The position numbers and the translations under genes are program-made. Shown here in pieces: positions 34,977-48,934 of a stretch of DNA of 64,000 nt (positions within the stretch are counted from its first letter, which is position 1; each line of letters starts with the position of its first letter). The stretch is from Minutocellus sp. GHC0000111 (Eukaryota). The notes below the pieces were generated by a model. That model was not told the origin of the DNA, did no database searches, and saw only the letters and a list, made by a program, of their open reading frames with translations. The stretch spans positions 5,456,001-5,520,000 of the forward strand of contig OZ361256.1 of NCBI GenBank assembly GCA_977018835.1, given 5' to 3'.

Positions 34977-37536
34977 TCAACTTTCCATGTCGCCATCATT
35001 CATGCTTTCGTCCAACATGTCAACTTCATTGCTGGCTGTTGCATTGTCAGCATTGTCTTCGTCATTATCTTCGGGAAGGAGCATGTATTTCACATCATAC
35101 TCCTCGAAACCAATGGATTCAGGTTCGAGGATACCTTTGTCGACCAGATTGTCAAGAATGCGTTTCAGATCAGCACGATCCCTCATTTGGCAGAGTTCCT
35201 CACGAAGTTCAAAGAAGCCGCGTTCCTGAGTGAGATTTCCAGCGGGAGGGCAATGTGACTTGATGAACTCCAACGCCTTGTACCGCTTGGCATCGTCAGA
35301 TAGGGTGGACCAAGGTCCAGTCGACGACGTTCCCGTCATCGCTGTCTCGGCTGCCGACGTGGCTTGATGGCGTCTCTCTTCTTCTGCTTCCTCGGCCCTT
35401 TCTTCCTCGGACACCTGCTCCTGATATTTCTTTATATCTTCCTTCACCGTTTTCACCTGGGCGTCTGCATCTTTCCAATACATCCTGGCCATCTCCTTCC
35501 CACGAAGAATATCGCGTGCGTCATTGGCTTCCTCGGAATCGTCACGGGCGTCGGGACTCTCTATCCCTTGGGAAGCGTTAGTTGCTTCGATGAATTTACT
35601 GTACCTGTAGGAAAGCAATTAAAAACAGATTGTGAGATCATTCATTCAAATAGAGATGAAAAGAACACAGCAGAGCAAATGTACTTACGAATCCATCGAC
35701 AATCTCTTAGCTTGGTCGAGGCGATCATTTAGTCGAGCCATGTGTTCATCGCGATATTCTTTCTTCCGCAGCTTTTGTTCGCTCCTTCTCATCACAATCT
35801 CCTCTTCCATAAGAGCTACCGCTCTGTCCGATGCCTTGCGCTTGCCCCCCCCCCTTTCCGCCATTGCGGCCATTGCGGGCGGTCGACGAGGTCTTGATTA
35901 GGTGATTGAAAAGGAAACATTGCAAAATTGATTGAGATAAGTAAGTGTTAAGCTGTTCAACCAAAATATCACACATCAATGCACATAGGTACTCACTTCG
36001 GGCACGCTCGTCATTGTAGCAGCAGCATTGCGATCAAGGCACTGCTTCACTTCCTCTAGCATATTTCCATCTAGAGAGAGAATGTACTTCAGATAATAAA
36101 CTACAATCATGTCGAGTTGGCTGCCGGGTCCGTTGACAAAAGTGACGAATTCGTTGTCATCGACAAATTGCAAATCGATGTTGCCGTTGCTGTCCGTGGG
36201 GACAATGTTCCCATCCCCATTGCCACTTCTCTTGAAGTTGGCTTGAAGCTGCACATGTAATTGGAATGGAGTAGTTGCACACTTATGGGTTAGAACATAA
36301 CATGGCCAGAATAATTGAAATGATGCGCATTAAACAATACTGACTTACCGTAGTGACATTGGAACTGACTTTTGTGAGGGTATTTTTCATGTCCTTCTCT
36401 GTTGCTGGTCTGTTGGAAGATGGCGGTGGCAGATCATTCGCTTTGTTGAAGGGTTCGGGTAAATCAGGCATCTCAATCGACTGAATTGACACATCACTGT
36501 TGCACATTTGAGCGGCCTTCTCGTAGAAATTGAGAGGGCGGTTGGGGGAGTTACGATCGTCAAGCTCCCTGGCAGTTGCGGAGTTGTTTCGGTTCACAAG
36601 ATCATCACGGAGAGAGGGGTGAAGCATCACATGGAAGCGTCGGAGTACAGCAAATGTGCTGGCATGGGCGACTTGGCTGGCATCTTCCTCAAGCTTTGAG
36701 CAGAGATTTGTGAGCAGGGCGTTGACAACGGGACGCTCATTGGGAACAATGATCTCGCTAAGATATTTTTCCAGCTCCGATTTGGTCCAATTGGCACACT
36801 TCGGCATCTGCCTTGGCTCGTCGGAAGCATCATTAAGGAGGACGACGCGGCGCAATACCTCGCGTTTCATCACGATCGGATTCGACGACGGAACTCCTTT
36901 CTTCATTCCATACTTTTTGCCCTTCTTTCCGACAAAGTTCTGGAGGGTTTCGTGTTCAAGAGGATCGACAGCATATTCGGTACCGACAGTCATGGCAATA
37001 AGAACAGCTGGTTCGTCCAAGGCCTTATCATACCATTTCTGGGGCCGAAGTTTGTCAGCATCAATACTGAAGATAGTATACAAATCATTGGCCAAAGTTT
37101 GTGATGGGCGAGCGGGGGAAGACTGGGCTGGCCTGGAACGTGATGAACCACTCAAGCTGTTGTTGCTGGAACTACTGTTGGAAAGGGAACTGGGAAGATG
37201 GTTGCGGCATCGAGTTCGGTTACTGTCGGGGTTGATGTCCGACCATCCATTCATACACTCGACGCAAAAGGCGATGCCGCAGATGCGGTCGAGGTGATGG
37301 GGGCCTGGGCGGTAAGCAACAGTACTTTGTGGCACGATGAAGCGGCAGATGTTCTCAGTGAGGGTAGAAGTAGAGCACATGCTACATCGGACAGGTTCAA
37401 ACTTGTTGACTGAATAGTTGAATGAAAGGATGGTCAAACCATCCTCGTCGGCATCGGATGCGGCGGTAGCACCGCCCGCTGCTGCGGAAGCGGAAGCGGC
37501 GGCCGCCTCTGACGCCTCTGTCCGCGTGTTTGCCAT
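34977..37536 (-). CDS. Second Harbinger gene (DNA-binding partner), ~4 exons, N-terminal Cys-rich finger
   Basis: Lies inside the TIRs, convergent with the transposase. Exons approx. 37536-36349, 36248-35997, ~35899-35689, ~35605-34977 with GT-AG boundaries. CSMC...CGIAFCVEC...CRNH; FKRSGNGDG. Confidence 0.7.
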
Positions 37537-38130
37537 GACGGCGGCGGCCTCTGGTAGCAGACGCACAAGATACGGTGCACAGAAGGCCGGGCAAGGATGC
37601 AAAGCCCGATGCCGGGCGGGCCCGAGATAAATGGCTCAACCTTTTGAAGGAGAGCGTGATGGGCGGACTCCGTCGATAGATACCGCCCATTTTCACTGCG
37701 GAAAGAGGAGCTTGGCTCTTTCTCCGCCCCTCTCAAAGACGTTTGTCGACCTTGGAGCGAACGGCATTTCATCGAAGACCTCCGGGTGCTTTTGGAAAAA
37801 CATCGAAGTTGATCAACGTCTTGAAGTACACAAAACCATTACCTACTTGCCTCAAATTCGCACTTCCCTCAAAAACTCTCTTGTTTGGACCGCCTCTGAA
37901 CGTTTCCAGCAGGTGATAACTTTCCATGACGTCATCATTAACACCAAAAGAAAGAGCCTTACGACGAATGACTCATTCGAAACTGGTGCCGTCACTTTGG
38001 TTTCGATGCGCTGGTTCTGCCGCCAGCATGGCCATCCAACCAAATCATGGCGACAGCGCATCAGTCAATCACAACGTTTATAATTCTCATCGGAATCCAC
38101 CAATATGCAACGCAGATTATCAGCGTAACC

Positions 38131-39611
38131 ATGACCAGAGCAAGACTAGTTGTATCGGCGTTCGCCCTCGGCACTCAGGGATGCAAGGGTAAGTTGACAT
38201 GTGATAGAAGGTTTCGATACCGCGCGTCTGTCATCATGGAGAGAACGCTTGTTCTTCCGACCAAATATTCATTGATGCGGATCATTCCAATGGTACAGTC
38301 ATGGGGTGGAATGAGTCAGAGAAGAGTGTAACGGTGTACGCTCGATGGCTGCAGACACATACTTCCAACTGGCCATTCCAAAAACGAGCACAAGATGTGC
38401 TTGAATACTACCTGCCTGCGGGCTGGACCACGATGCGTTCGGCTCGGATATTGTTTGCGGATTGCACGTCGGCAATCAATCAGCAACATGTCGGCAACTG
38501 GCAATCGATGACAGTATTAGATTCCTGTCATCTTTATAACTAGGATCATTTCTTCTTCGCCCTTTCATTTTTATTCCTTCCAGGCTTCTCGACAATCCCG
38601 ATGACTGCAAACCCACCTGCCGCCGCCCAGCTGGCTTCAATTGAGACATCTCATCAGCAATATCGCACTGCACTTCATTCGACTGTCGAGGCGGCAGAAG
38701 TCGAGGTTGGCAACTTTTCTCCTGCGGAACCCGCCAAGAAGAGCAAGAACAAGAACAAGCGAAGCAACAGCAACAATAATGCCAACAAGAAGCGGCGGCC
38801 GAAATCCAAAGTCAATGGTTCTACGAAAGCAAAAGCTTCTGCTAACAAGAACAAGTCCAAAAAGAATGGCTCGTCGTCATCCTCTGGCAGCAATAAGAAG
38901 AAGCGCAATCCTCGTCCGACGCTCCAACCCTTGTCCGCGCTCAAGCTTGGATCCAAGATTGATGGCGTGGTGTGCGGCATCTCGGAATTCGGAGCCTTTG
39001 TCAAGACGCGGTATCAGATTAAGGCAAAGGACGACGACAAGTCCAAGCAATCGGGATATGCCCTCCTCCACAAGTCTCAGATCCAAGACGAGAAAGTGGA
39101 GGATGTGTCGCAAGTGCTGCGCGTTGGCGATCACATCAAGAACGCCAGGGTGACGAGCATCAACTACGCCAAAGGGGAAGTCTCGATTAGTCTGAGAAAG
39201 CCCAGGCCCCAGCGTCGGAAGCTGGACGAAATTCAGGTTGGCAAGGAGTACGACGGGAAGGTCTGCAATGTAACACCTTACGGCTGCTTTGTCGATGTAG
39301 GGGCGAAGAAAAATGCCTTGCTTCACATCTCGAGAATCACGCAGGAAAAGGTCCAAAATGTTCGAGATTACGTCAACGAGGGCGACTGGGTGACGGTCCA
39401 CATCATCGGCAATGATAAGAGTGGGTTGGCCTGCAGCATGCTGGATAAGACGGCCGACGAATACCTCAACAAGCGTCAAAGGCAGCAGAAGCGAAAGGCC
39501 GAGAATCAAAAGGCGGTCGGCGAAGCATCTGCCGTCATGGAGAAGAGCGAGCTCGCCGCCTTCGAAGAGGCCATCAAGGAGCTCGAGATGGCGTTCTCGA
39601 GCAAGAAGTAA
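38131..39611 (+). CDS. Second S1-domain protein, probably plastid-targeted, 2 exons (38131-38188, 38584-39611)
   Basis: Spliced MTRARLVVSAFALGTQGCKG-FST. S1 motifs FGAFVKT...ALLHKSQI and YGCFVDVG..NALLHISRI. An alternative in-frame ATG lies at 38047. Confidence 0.85.
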
Positions 39612-40218
39612 ATATTTCCTGCGAGATATTCTCCTTGTCATACCGGCCGTCGTATTGCCGGTATACGCCGTACTTTGGTTGCTTGTTGCACATAGATATT
39701 CTGGCGCGCTCACAACTGAGCCCGTATAAGTGATAATTTGTTAAATTCGATTATATATATTATGAATGGAATCAATACCATGAGCGTGGTCTATTCGCTC
39801 AGTGTTCTTTGGTTACGTTGAGCTTGGATGTACATGGGCACAAAAATTGGACAAAAGTAATCTTTCCTTAACAATAGAGATTATAGAAGGGTATTGTAGT
39901 GCCGGTAGATAACTGTACTTCACGCATGTGCGGTTCTAGCGCAAGTAACGAAACAAATACAGATGAACTAATTTGTTAGGCGAGAATTCATGGAGGGAGC
40001 ATGAATTTCTGGGATCCTCGGTGGTGGATATCTGTGCCAGTCGCTTGGGATTTTTGGGACTCCCGAACCCTAACTTTTGCTCGCCGCTTGATGCCTCGAC
40101 GATGCCATCATGCGGGCTCGCTCTCGGAGCTCGCTCTCATAAACTCGGTAATGTATAAATGTACGAACATAAGAAAGCGAGAATACAAAATAGAAACAGA
40201 AATACATCACCAAACATC

Positions 40219-42599
40219 ATGAAGATATCGTTGGCCAAGCATTTGGCGGTGATTCTGACAATCGGTAAGTTAAGTTGTTGCATTTATTCGTTCTGGCGCG
40301 TTTGAGGATGACCGTGCCATCGCCAACGATGGATTCGGGAACGCTCATTCTCACCTTGTCTCATTCTCTATGTTCTTCGCTCGGCTTCACCCGTTCTGTT
40401 CTGCGAACTGAAGGATCAGCCCATCTCTCCCCGACCAAACCTGTTGGCGCCGTCGATGGATCGAGCCACCCATGTGCGGTAAGTTGAGTTGACCAAACAG
40501 AGCCCGAGCCCCATCAACTTGAGCGAAGATGGACGAGAAGGCTACTTGCTTTGCGTGACAACGGTTCGCATGCGCCTCTGATTGCCAGTTAGCCGGATGA
40601 TGGACAGACGAAAACTCAATCTCACCGCACCAACGCCATTATTGTTATGCCTTTACTGTACCTAGGTACATGTACCATCCCCCCTTTCATGTACCCGTAG
40701 CACTTGCATCTCCGCCATCCGAAAAATGTAGCAGATGCTATCGGCCATGCCTTGGTCGGCAATGCGACTTCCAGCGCAATTGGTGGCCGATCCCTCGAAG
40801 AAGAGGACGCCAAGCTCGGACATTCCGCCGGTACTGCCAGCTCGACGCTCCCAAACGATGACGGCGGCACGTCCATGCTGCGTGGTCGTCAGCTCAGCGC
40901 GGGCTTTACCTGGAAACCATATGTGATTCTTGGAGACCACCAGAATCTAAAGATTCTTTGGAGGTCGCCGGATACAAGCTGCAGCATCACTACCACCTGC
41001 GGCACCGCAACTCAAGTTACGGACGGACTTCTTGACACTGGCGATCATTTCATGTATGAAGTAAATTTTCTGTCTGGCATCCCAATCTGCACCGGAGAGA
41101 CCTTCTTGAACTACACTGTTGCATGTAGTATGGGCGGGAACAACTACGAAGAGTCAGGTTCTGTTCTCTTGCCCCCCGCATCGTCAACCGAACGCACGAA
41201 GTTCATCGCGTACGGGGACACCCGAAGCTATCCTGCGGACCACAATAATGTTGCAGGATCGATCCTTACGAACTCAGATGCCTATCGTGGCCTCATTCTT
41301 CACGTGGGCGACTATGTAAATGACGGCTCGTGCATTTCGCAGTGGGACACTCAATTCTTTGACCCTCTTCGTACCAACATTTCGGACATGTTGATGGGCA
41401 GCCCAATGAATGGATGCAGGGGCAACCACGAGAACTACGGAGGATGCTATAGCGACATGGGAGCAGCTGACGATTACCACACACTTTACGACAACATCTT
41501 CCCTTTCGATTGGGCGACCCATTATTATGAGCCAGCTGCCTGCACATCCCCCGCTCCGCCCGGCGCTTCCTTGCCATCCCTGTTGGTCGAGCCGACTCGT
41601 CACCTATCGTACTCTTTCGATTATGGTGCCTTTCATGTCGCAGTTGTTGATCAGTACGGGCCCAAGCGGAAGGGGAAACATGGAACAGCATATAGCAATG
41701 GCGCAGTGTATGACGGCGACTATGCCACGTGCGGCACAGAGTACTTCAAGTGGCTCAACTGTGACCTTGCGCGAACTACTCAGCCTTTCAAGCTAGTTGT
41801 GCTCCATGAACCTCTCTACAGCGCAGGCACACGAAGCAACCTGTTCGTGCCAGACCTCGATGCCATACTGCAGGACAATAACGTGGATGTCGTGGCAGGC
41901 CATAATCATTACTATGCCCGTGCCAGCGTTCCCAATATGCGAGGCTATAGAAGCACCCCTGGAGGAGGCACTTCCCAAAGATGCATCGCCCACATCACCA
42001 CTGGAGGAGGCGGAGCTCCTCTGTATGGCCCGGGTACTGGATATCCCCACATCAAGAAAACGAGTGTAGTGCATCATCACACCCGATTCGACTCGTATTC
42101 TGCCGGTAATGCAGCCACCGATTATTTTTGCTTCGAGGCAGTGGACAATGATGGAAATGTCTTTGATTGCCTTGAGCATGGTGATCGCCCAACGTCACCT
42201 GATGAGTGGAACGCTCGTCTGTGTGGTCAAAATTATGCGCCCGTCAACAATGTCACATGCGACACCATTGACGATTGTGGAAACGAGGGCTGCACCAGTT
42301 CAAACAACTGCGACGCTACTCCTATTTGTGAAGGCGATGTCATGCCTTGCGATACAAACACAGATTGTGTCGATGATGGATCGTTCTGCAATGGATCAGA
42401 GACGTGCAATAATGGTGCTTGCGAGAGTTCTGGTGATCCTTGTCCTGAAGGCAAGGTCTGCAAAGAAGATACCGAAACCTGCGAAAATCCCAGTAGCGAC
42501 ATTTGTATTCCGAGGAATGCAGATTGCAGCGACGATCCCGAAGGATGCTGTGGTGACTTCACGTGCAGATCAGTCGGGCCAAATAGGAAGTGTCGCTAG
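40219..42599 (+). CDS. Secreted purple-acid-phosphatase-like metallophosphoesterase with Cys-rich tail, 3 exons (40219-40264, 40414-40478, 40701-42599)
   Basis: YGDTR, HVGDYV, GNHE, VLHEP, AGHNH, GGGGAPLY. Signal-peptide exons join in frame through GT-AG introns. Confidence 0.85.
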
Positions 42600-43168
42600 A
42601 GTAGATCTACCGGTAGACAAGCGCTCGCATCCGAAGCGAAGATGGAATTAGAGAAGTGCATCGATCAAAAATCAGTCTAGACTACGGCTGCTGTAGTAGT
42701 AGTAGAAATCTAATGCGTCGACCTATACGATGGAATAAATTTATAATTGATAACTCCAGATTTATCAGAGGCCATCTTCATTAGATCTACCGGTCCTGCT
42801 GCTGCTGCCTGCTCCGCCGGCGGCGGAGCCCCAGCTCGGCGTCCCTCTCCTCGCTCTCCGGGTTCTTTTTTGGTTCAAAAAGTTCTGCCTTGGCTTGCTG
42901 CCAGGTGGAGCGCCACAATGACGGACCACGACCGTCCGCCTCTGCCGCTATCGGCCCTTACCACTGCCCTGCAGTATCAAGAGAAACGGACACCACCGGT
43001 CATTGAACAGCCCTTGCGCTGGTTGAGCATTCTGGCTGCTTCAATTGCTGGTATCCCGAGGAAAACACGCCGTATCAACTTTGCAGCACATAACGTGCCG
43101 GTTCTTCCCTTTTATTTCCCGGCTTCGCCTTCATTCATTCTTGAACGCCGAACTCATCGGACGAATCC

Positions 43169-46100
43169 ATGAGGTTCTCCCGCCAATCGACCGCGGCCTT
43201 GACCACTCTGCTCTTGCTGAGCAGCTGCACCAGCATCGCCGAGGGTGGCCGTCGCAAGCTGGCCTTCTTCCGTCCCTCCTCGGTGATAACGAAAGGTATC
43301 TTCGTGAGCGGCGGTGGCCAGTCTTCGTCGTCGTCGTCATCAGCTTCGTCTGATGCAAGCAGCCCAATTGTTGAAGATTCTGGTGATTCTTCGCAAGATA
43401 TCAAGAGCAACGAAACCTCGAGTATCTTGGAGAGCTACGTAACGGCGGTCGATCGGAAGGACGAGCTGAAGCGGTCGGAAACTTTGTATGATCGGTGCGT
43501 TTCCGATGATGACGATGAATGTGAAACTGCTGATAGTAATGAAGACAATATTGAAGATTCGCGCAAGCCGAGCAAACCCAATCAAAACAACGGTGATGAC
43601 GATGAAGATGGCGAGCCAGAAGCACCCGTCGTGGTCAAAGAGAAGAAGAAGTCCCGCCGTCATGTCAATTCCTCCTCCTCGTCGTCTGGTCGACACGCGG
43701 CCAAGTCCAAATCCCACACGGCCCGCCGATCGTCTTCCGGCAAAACCCGATCCAACGCCGTCGGTGATCCCGATGGCAACTCCAGTGATTCCGAAAGCGA
43801 CAGCAGCGACGCCGGTCTGTCCGATTTGGATTCCGAGGAAATGGAGGAACTGATGGAGGAGGCGGCCGGATACCAACAGATGATGGAGGCCATGCAGGAA
43901 ACGCTGGACGTCATGGAGGAGGCCGAGGAGGCCGATGCCGAGGCGGCCGTCGTGATGACTGCAGCGGCTTCCTTTGCTGCTGGAGAAGAAGTGGAAGAGA
44001 AGGAGGATGAACAGTCGGATGCCGCTGAGGCTGTTGCCGCGGCTGAGGTGGAGGTTGATGTTGATATCGCTGTACAGACCAACGAGGAGGTTGGCGAAGA
44101 CGAGAACAAGTCCAAGTCCAAATCGAGCAATGGCGATGGAAGCCCAGTCGATGATGACAACGATGCACCCTCAACCTCTACCGATAAGACCGAAACGGCC
44201 GATTCGCTGTCCAACCGGGCCCACGCCCGTCAGTCCATCCGGGATGCCGAAGATTCCGAGGAGGCCGCCTTTGAGGCGGCCCTCATCAAGGCCATACTGC
44301 CGCATCTGTACCTGCCACCTCCCCCGTCGGCCGTTGAGAGTATGCGGTCCAATGCCCGGGAGATTGACGTGGCCGGTCGACGACGACTCGATCGCCGGAC
44401 CTTGTACGAAAGTCTCATGATTGAACTGACGCATTCTCACGCTCATTCTCATGCGAACGACGATGACAAGTCCCATGGAAAGAAGGGCAAGAAGAAGAAG
44501 GCCGCGCCTCCAGCACCACCGAAGCGTCGGTTCCTCGATCCCGTCACCACCCGATCCCTCCGCAGTGCTCTGAGTCTGGCCAGCCAACCAAAGTGGCGCA
44601 AGCACGTGACACTGGGTGCTTCTTCTGACGTGGATTCCGATGACGACGAGCAAGGCTCGGTATCGGCGGCTCAGTTTTATCCCAACCTTCTCCGACTGTA
44701 CCCTACCGACGAGGAAATTGCTCTGGCGCAGAATCGTGCCAAGATGGCCGCCGCTGCAGCCGCCGCCGCGGCCGCCGGACAGGATGGGCAGATGCAGGGG
44801 ATGATGCCCGGTATGCCCAATTTGGGCTGGGGGCAGGGCCAAGGTCAGCAGGGCGGCGGCGGTGGTGCCATGGACGAGGACGACGAGGCCAGCGGTTCAA
44901 GTCGGTCGACTCCTACCGCCGCCGAGCTTTGTGCCGCGTCGGACGTGTGCACTCTGGCCATGCAGGAGACTACTGCCATGGCACTGGCCCATTCGTTGTC
45001 GGCAGGATGCTTCTTGCTCGATGATAAGACCATCGCTATAATTACCGATGAATTGAAGCGTAACGACAATCTGAAGCTTGACGGTAATGATCCTCGGCTC
45101 CGACCGTCCAGCATCATCAATTCCCTCTGCCGACTGGCGGATGAGGGCAAATTCAGTCCATTTGTGTTGACGGACGATAACAACCGGAAAACGACACAAA
45201 AGGGTGGGTGGAAATTCGGTGGTAGAATCTCGAACCGATTAGCCAGAGATTCGTCGTTGGGATTAGATGATTCGAACGACGACATGGTTATGGAAAGCAG
45301 ACGTCTAATGGTTGGAGATGAGAATGAGTGGTTTGGCTTCGAAGAAATTTCCATCGATGAATTACTGGCCGATGCTGATCCTGCGGAGGAGGAGGAGGAG
45401 GCGGCGGCGGAGAATAACGATGCTGAGGAGGCTGAGCCAGCCGCACAGCCGAAACCGCTTCCGCTCATGATATTCCTCCGTACTACAACCTCGTCATCTC
45501 TTCTCAAGTCTCGAAGTGCCGTTGATCTCATTGCTCGTGAGTCGGTCCATCCCGATTCCATCCATCTCATTTGCCTTGGACGTGGAGTTGATGCCACTAC
45601 CGACGATCTCAGTGAGCTGCCAGGTAATGAAGTCGGTGCCGCTATCCGTCGGATGACTCCGCAGGTCACCGACCAGCCACAAGCACAGCAACAGCCGCAG
45701 CTGCCTCAGAATTTCAATCCCTTTGCTGGCATGTCCCAAGCACCTCCGGGCAATAGCCTCGGCCACATGGGAAATGGACCCGGTGGTTTTAATGAGCAGA
45801 ATGCGAACGCGTCTGGCATTAACGATCCCGAGGGGTCCCGGCGCTTCAACATTTTTCTGGCACGGACAGTCGATCCTGAGGGCAAACCAGGCATCATGGG
45901 GGCGATCGCTCCGCCGCAGGCCGGAAATATTTTCCCTCAAATGCTCTCCATGATTGCGCAGCAGCAGCATCAGCAAGGACAGGAAGGATTCGATGCCAAC
46001 AATATGCAAAAATGGGCCGAGCTGATGCAGTCTCAGATGCAGAATATGATGAACAATGCTGAAAATGGCGGCGGCGACGAATCTCCCCCTCCGGCTCTCT

Positions 46101-48889
46101 TTAATACTACGCTGAACGGTCTACCGAGTGCAAACCAGCCGTCAGATACTGCCGTATCTCCTCAAATGGTACAAAAGGCTATTCAAGAGGCAATTTATGG
46201 GGTCTTGGAGCGGCTGGCACAGATGAATGAGAGCGACGGTCCCCTCCCGCCCGGTGCAGGGGGCAGCAAGCTTCCACCTCACCTCGCCAAGGCGTTTGGT
46301 CAAATCTTGCGCAACCCCTCATTTCGTCAGAGCATCGCTCAGAACTTGTCCCAAGCGGCTCCAGCATTGACCGACCCTCGTTGTCAGGGCATCATGCTCT
46401 CCATTTATATTCCTCCCATGTCGGGTCCTAACCAAGGCAAGATGCCTGGGCCGCAATTCGCCAAGAAGCCGGACGGTGGTAGCAAGATGGAACCGCCGCC
46501 GTCGACAGCGGATGGGAGCAGTGTCCAGCAACCTGGCGTCGGTGGATGGCTCAACAAGGTCTTGTCCAAGGGATCCTCCATCGAAGGTGCCGATGAGGAG
46601 GACGAATCCGATTTTGAGGGCGATGAAGTTGATGACGACGAGGAAGAAGTTGTTGATGCTCTTGAAGAGGTAGAACACGAATCCGATACGGAGTTGGAAG
46701 TGGTTGATCTAGATACGGTGGAAGAGGAAGAGGACGATAATGCCGATGAAGACATTGAAGAAAATACCAAGGGAAAGTCCAAGAGCTCAAAGAAGAGGAG
46801 GAGGTCCCGTAGATCCAAGAAGAAGCGAATGGCGGAGAAAATTACGTCGACCAAGGATCGGATTCGAAATTTGGCGGCGGCAGCCACCGTTCTTCGGGCT
46901 CAGCAGAAAGAACTGGAAGAGAAGGAATCGACCAAACGAACCCTCACCGCTGCGCAAAAGAGTGCTGCCAAGGCTCGACGCAATCTCCAGCGACTCCATG
47001 CTCTGTCTCGGCCCATGCCCATCCAGACACCATCGGATCCCGTACGTGGTCGTACTTGGAAGGCTTGGATCGAGCGCGAAATCGGCTCGGTCATCTTTAG
47101 GTCGAATCGCCGGGCACTCAATGCTGAGCTTGCCAAGCGTCACCTCCGCATAATGACTCTCACCGGTACCAAGGGTGTCGGCTCGTCTCTGCGACAGATG
47201 CTATCTGTGAGACAGTTGGATAGCTCGATGGCAGATATCGTTCGGACGGCGGTTGAGATCGAGGCGGCCAAGAGTGCAAAGCATGGCGAATCGCCTTGGG
47301 AGACTGAACCAACACTCGACGGTGAGGGCAATACCAAGAGCGAAGATGCCAGTCTGAACCAGCTGATTGATGAGCGCTACATGGACGCACTCAAGGGCGG
47401 AAAGGAGGACGCTCATGAACTCCGCGATGTGCAATTCTTGCACCCATCAAGCCTCGAAAGTTCAATATCACTCGTTTGTAGCATTAGTCCCTCCGCTTCT
47501 GGTGGTGTATCGTCGTCCTCTCCCGTCACCGGTGCATCGGGCGTTGCCTCGCATAAAGTGACCAAGGATGACTTGACCGCGCTGGCAAATGACAAGCACG
47601 AGAAGGCCCTTATATCACAAGTTGTGCTGCCGGGAGAAATTGGCGTTAGCTACGATATGATTGGAGGCCTGGAAGAAGTCAAGGAATTGCTGAGACAAAG
47701 TATCACCTATCCGCTCAAATACCCGCATCTCTATTCCGAGGGTATTGCCAAAGAAGCCGTCAAGGGAGTGCTTCTATTTGGTCCACCAGGTGAGAAAACT
47801 CAAGAAGTTATCGATATTTTCGGGTTTTCGCCCTCGTCCTGCGTTTAACTTTCTGAAATTTGCCTAATCTCATATTTTTTAATTCCCCCTTCTCTTTTCG
47901 TTTTTCCTCCAACATTTGAAGGCACCGGCAAGACCATGTTGGCAAAAGCCGTCGCTACCGAGGGTGGAGCGACTTTTTTATCCGTCGACGCTTCGTCCAT
48001 CGAGAACAAGTGGCTCGGTGAAAGTGAGAAAAATGCAAAGGCAGTTTTTACGCTCGCTCGTCGCTTAGCGCCGTGCGTAATCTTCATTGATGAGGTCGAT
48101 TCAATTCTCAGCAGCCGAGAGGGGTCGAGTGATGATTCCGCGCACGGTACCCTTACCTCAGTGAAAACTACGATGATGGTAGGATACATGTATTGTGTTT
48201 TTTTTGTTTTTTTCATTCTTACGAGTTCATATGTATTTGTTTGTGATCTTGCCATGGCTGCAACTAACACACATTGATACCTCCTTCTCTTCTCTTCTCT
48301 TCTCTTCTCTTTCTTCCTTGGCGCGTAGTCCGAGTGGGATGGACTAAACTCCGGAACCAATGGCGTGGGCGATGCTGGAAGCGATCGCGTCATTGTGATC
48401 GGCTCAACGAATCGTCCATTCGATTTGGACGAAGCAGTCCTCCGTCGCTTCCCTCGTCGAATCATGGTTGATTTACCAGATTTGGCCACGAGAGAGGACA
48501 TTATTGTCAAAACTCTTGCTGATAATCGACTCGACTCATCGTTCAATGCCACGGCCATCGCTCAGAAACTTGAAGGCTACACAGGCTCTGATCTGAAGGA
48601 ATTGTGTAGAGAAGCGGCCGTGGCGATCGCTCATGAGCAGGCTCGGCTACTAGACCAGGGCTTCGACGAAACAGAGGACGAGAGTGGCGAGGTTGCCGTG
48701 GCGAGTCTTCAGCGTTTGCGTCCCATTTCTCAAAGAGACCTGGAAAAAGCAATGGCCAAGATAAAGAAATCAGTATCTGAAAAGGGAACGGAACTCCAAA
48801 AAGTCATTGCTTGGAATGAGGAATATGGCGAAATGAAGAGAAAAGATAAGCCGGCTACGTCGTCTCCGGTTATGAACATGTTCCTATAA
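43169..48889 (+). CDS. AAA+ ATPase (ATAD1/Msp1/spastin-like) with long acidic N-terminus and signal-peptide-like start, 3 exons (43169-47789, 47922-48178, 48329-48889)
   Basis: Walker A GPPGTGKT across intron 1, Walker B IFIDEVDS, SEWDGL, STNRPFDLDEAVLRRF, GYTGSDL, WNEEYGE. Confidence 0.92.
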
Positions 48890-48934
48890 ATCTAAGCTCA
48901 AGAAAAATAATATGGTATTAGCTTATGTGAGTTT

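Larger units (their letters stand above)
32790..37896. mobile_element. PIF/Harbinger DNA transposon, full length, with imperfect ~35-bp TIRs and TGA target-site duplication
   Basis: Left end GAGGCAGTCCAAAACAAGAGAGATTTTTGAAGGAAG; right end reverse-complemented GAGGCGGTCCAAACAAGAGAGTTTTTGAGGGAAG. TGA at 32787-32789 and 37897-37899. Two convergent genes inside. Confidence 0.92.
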
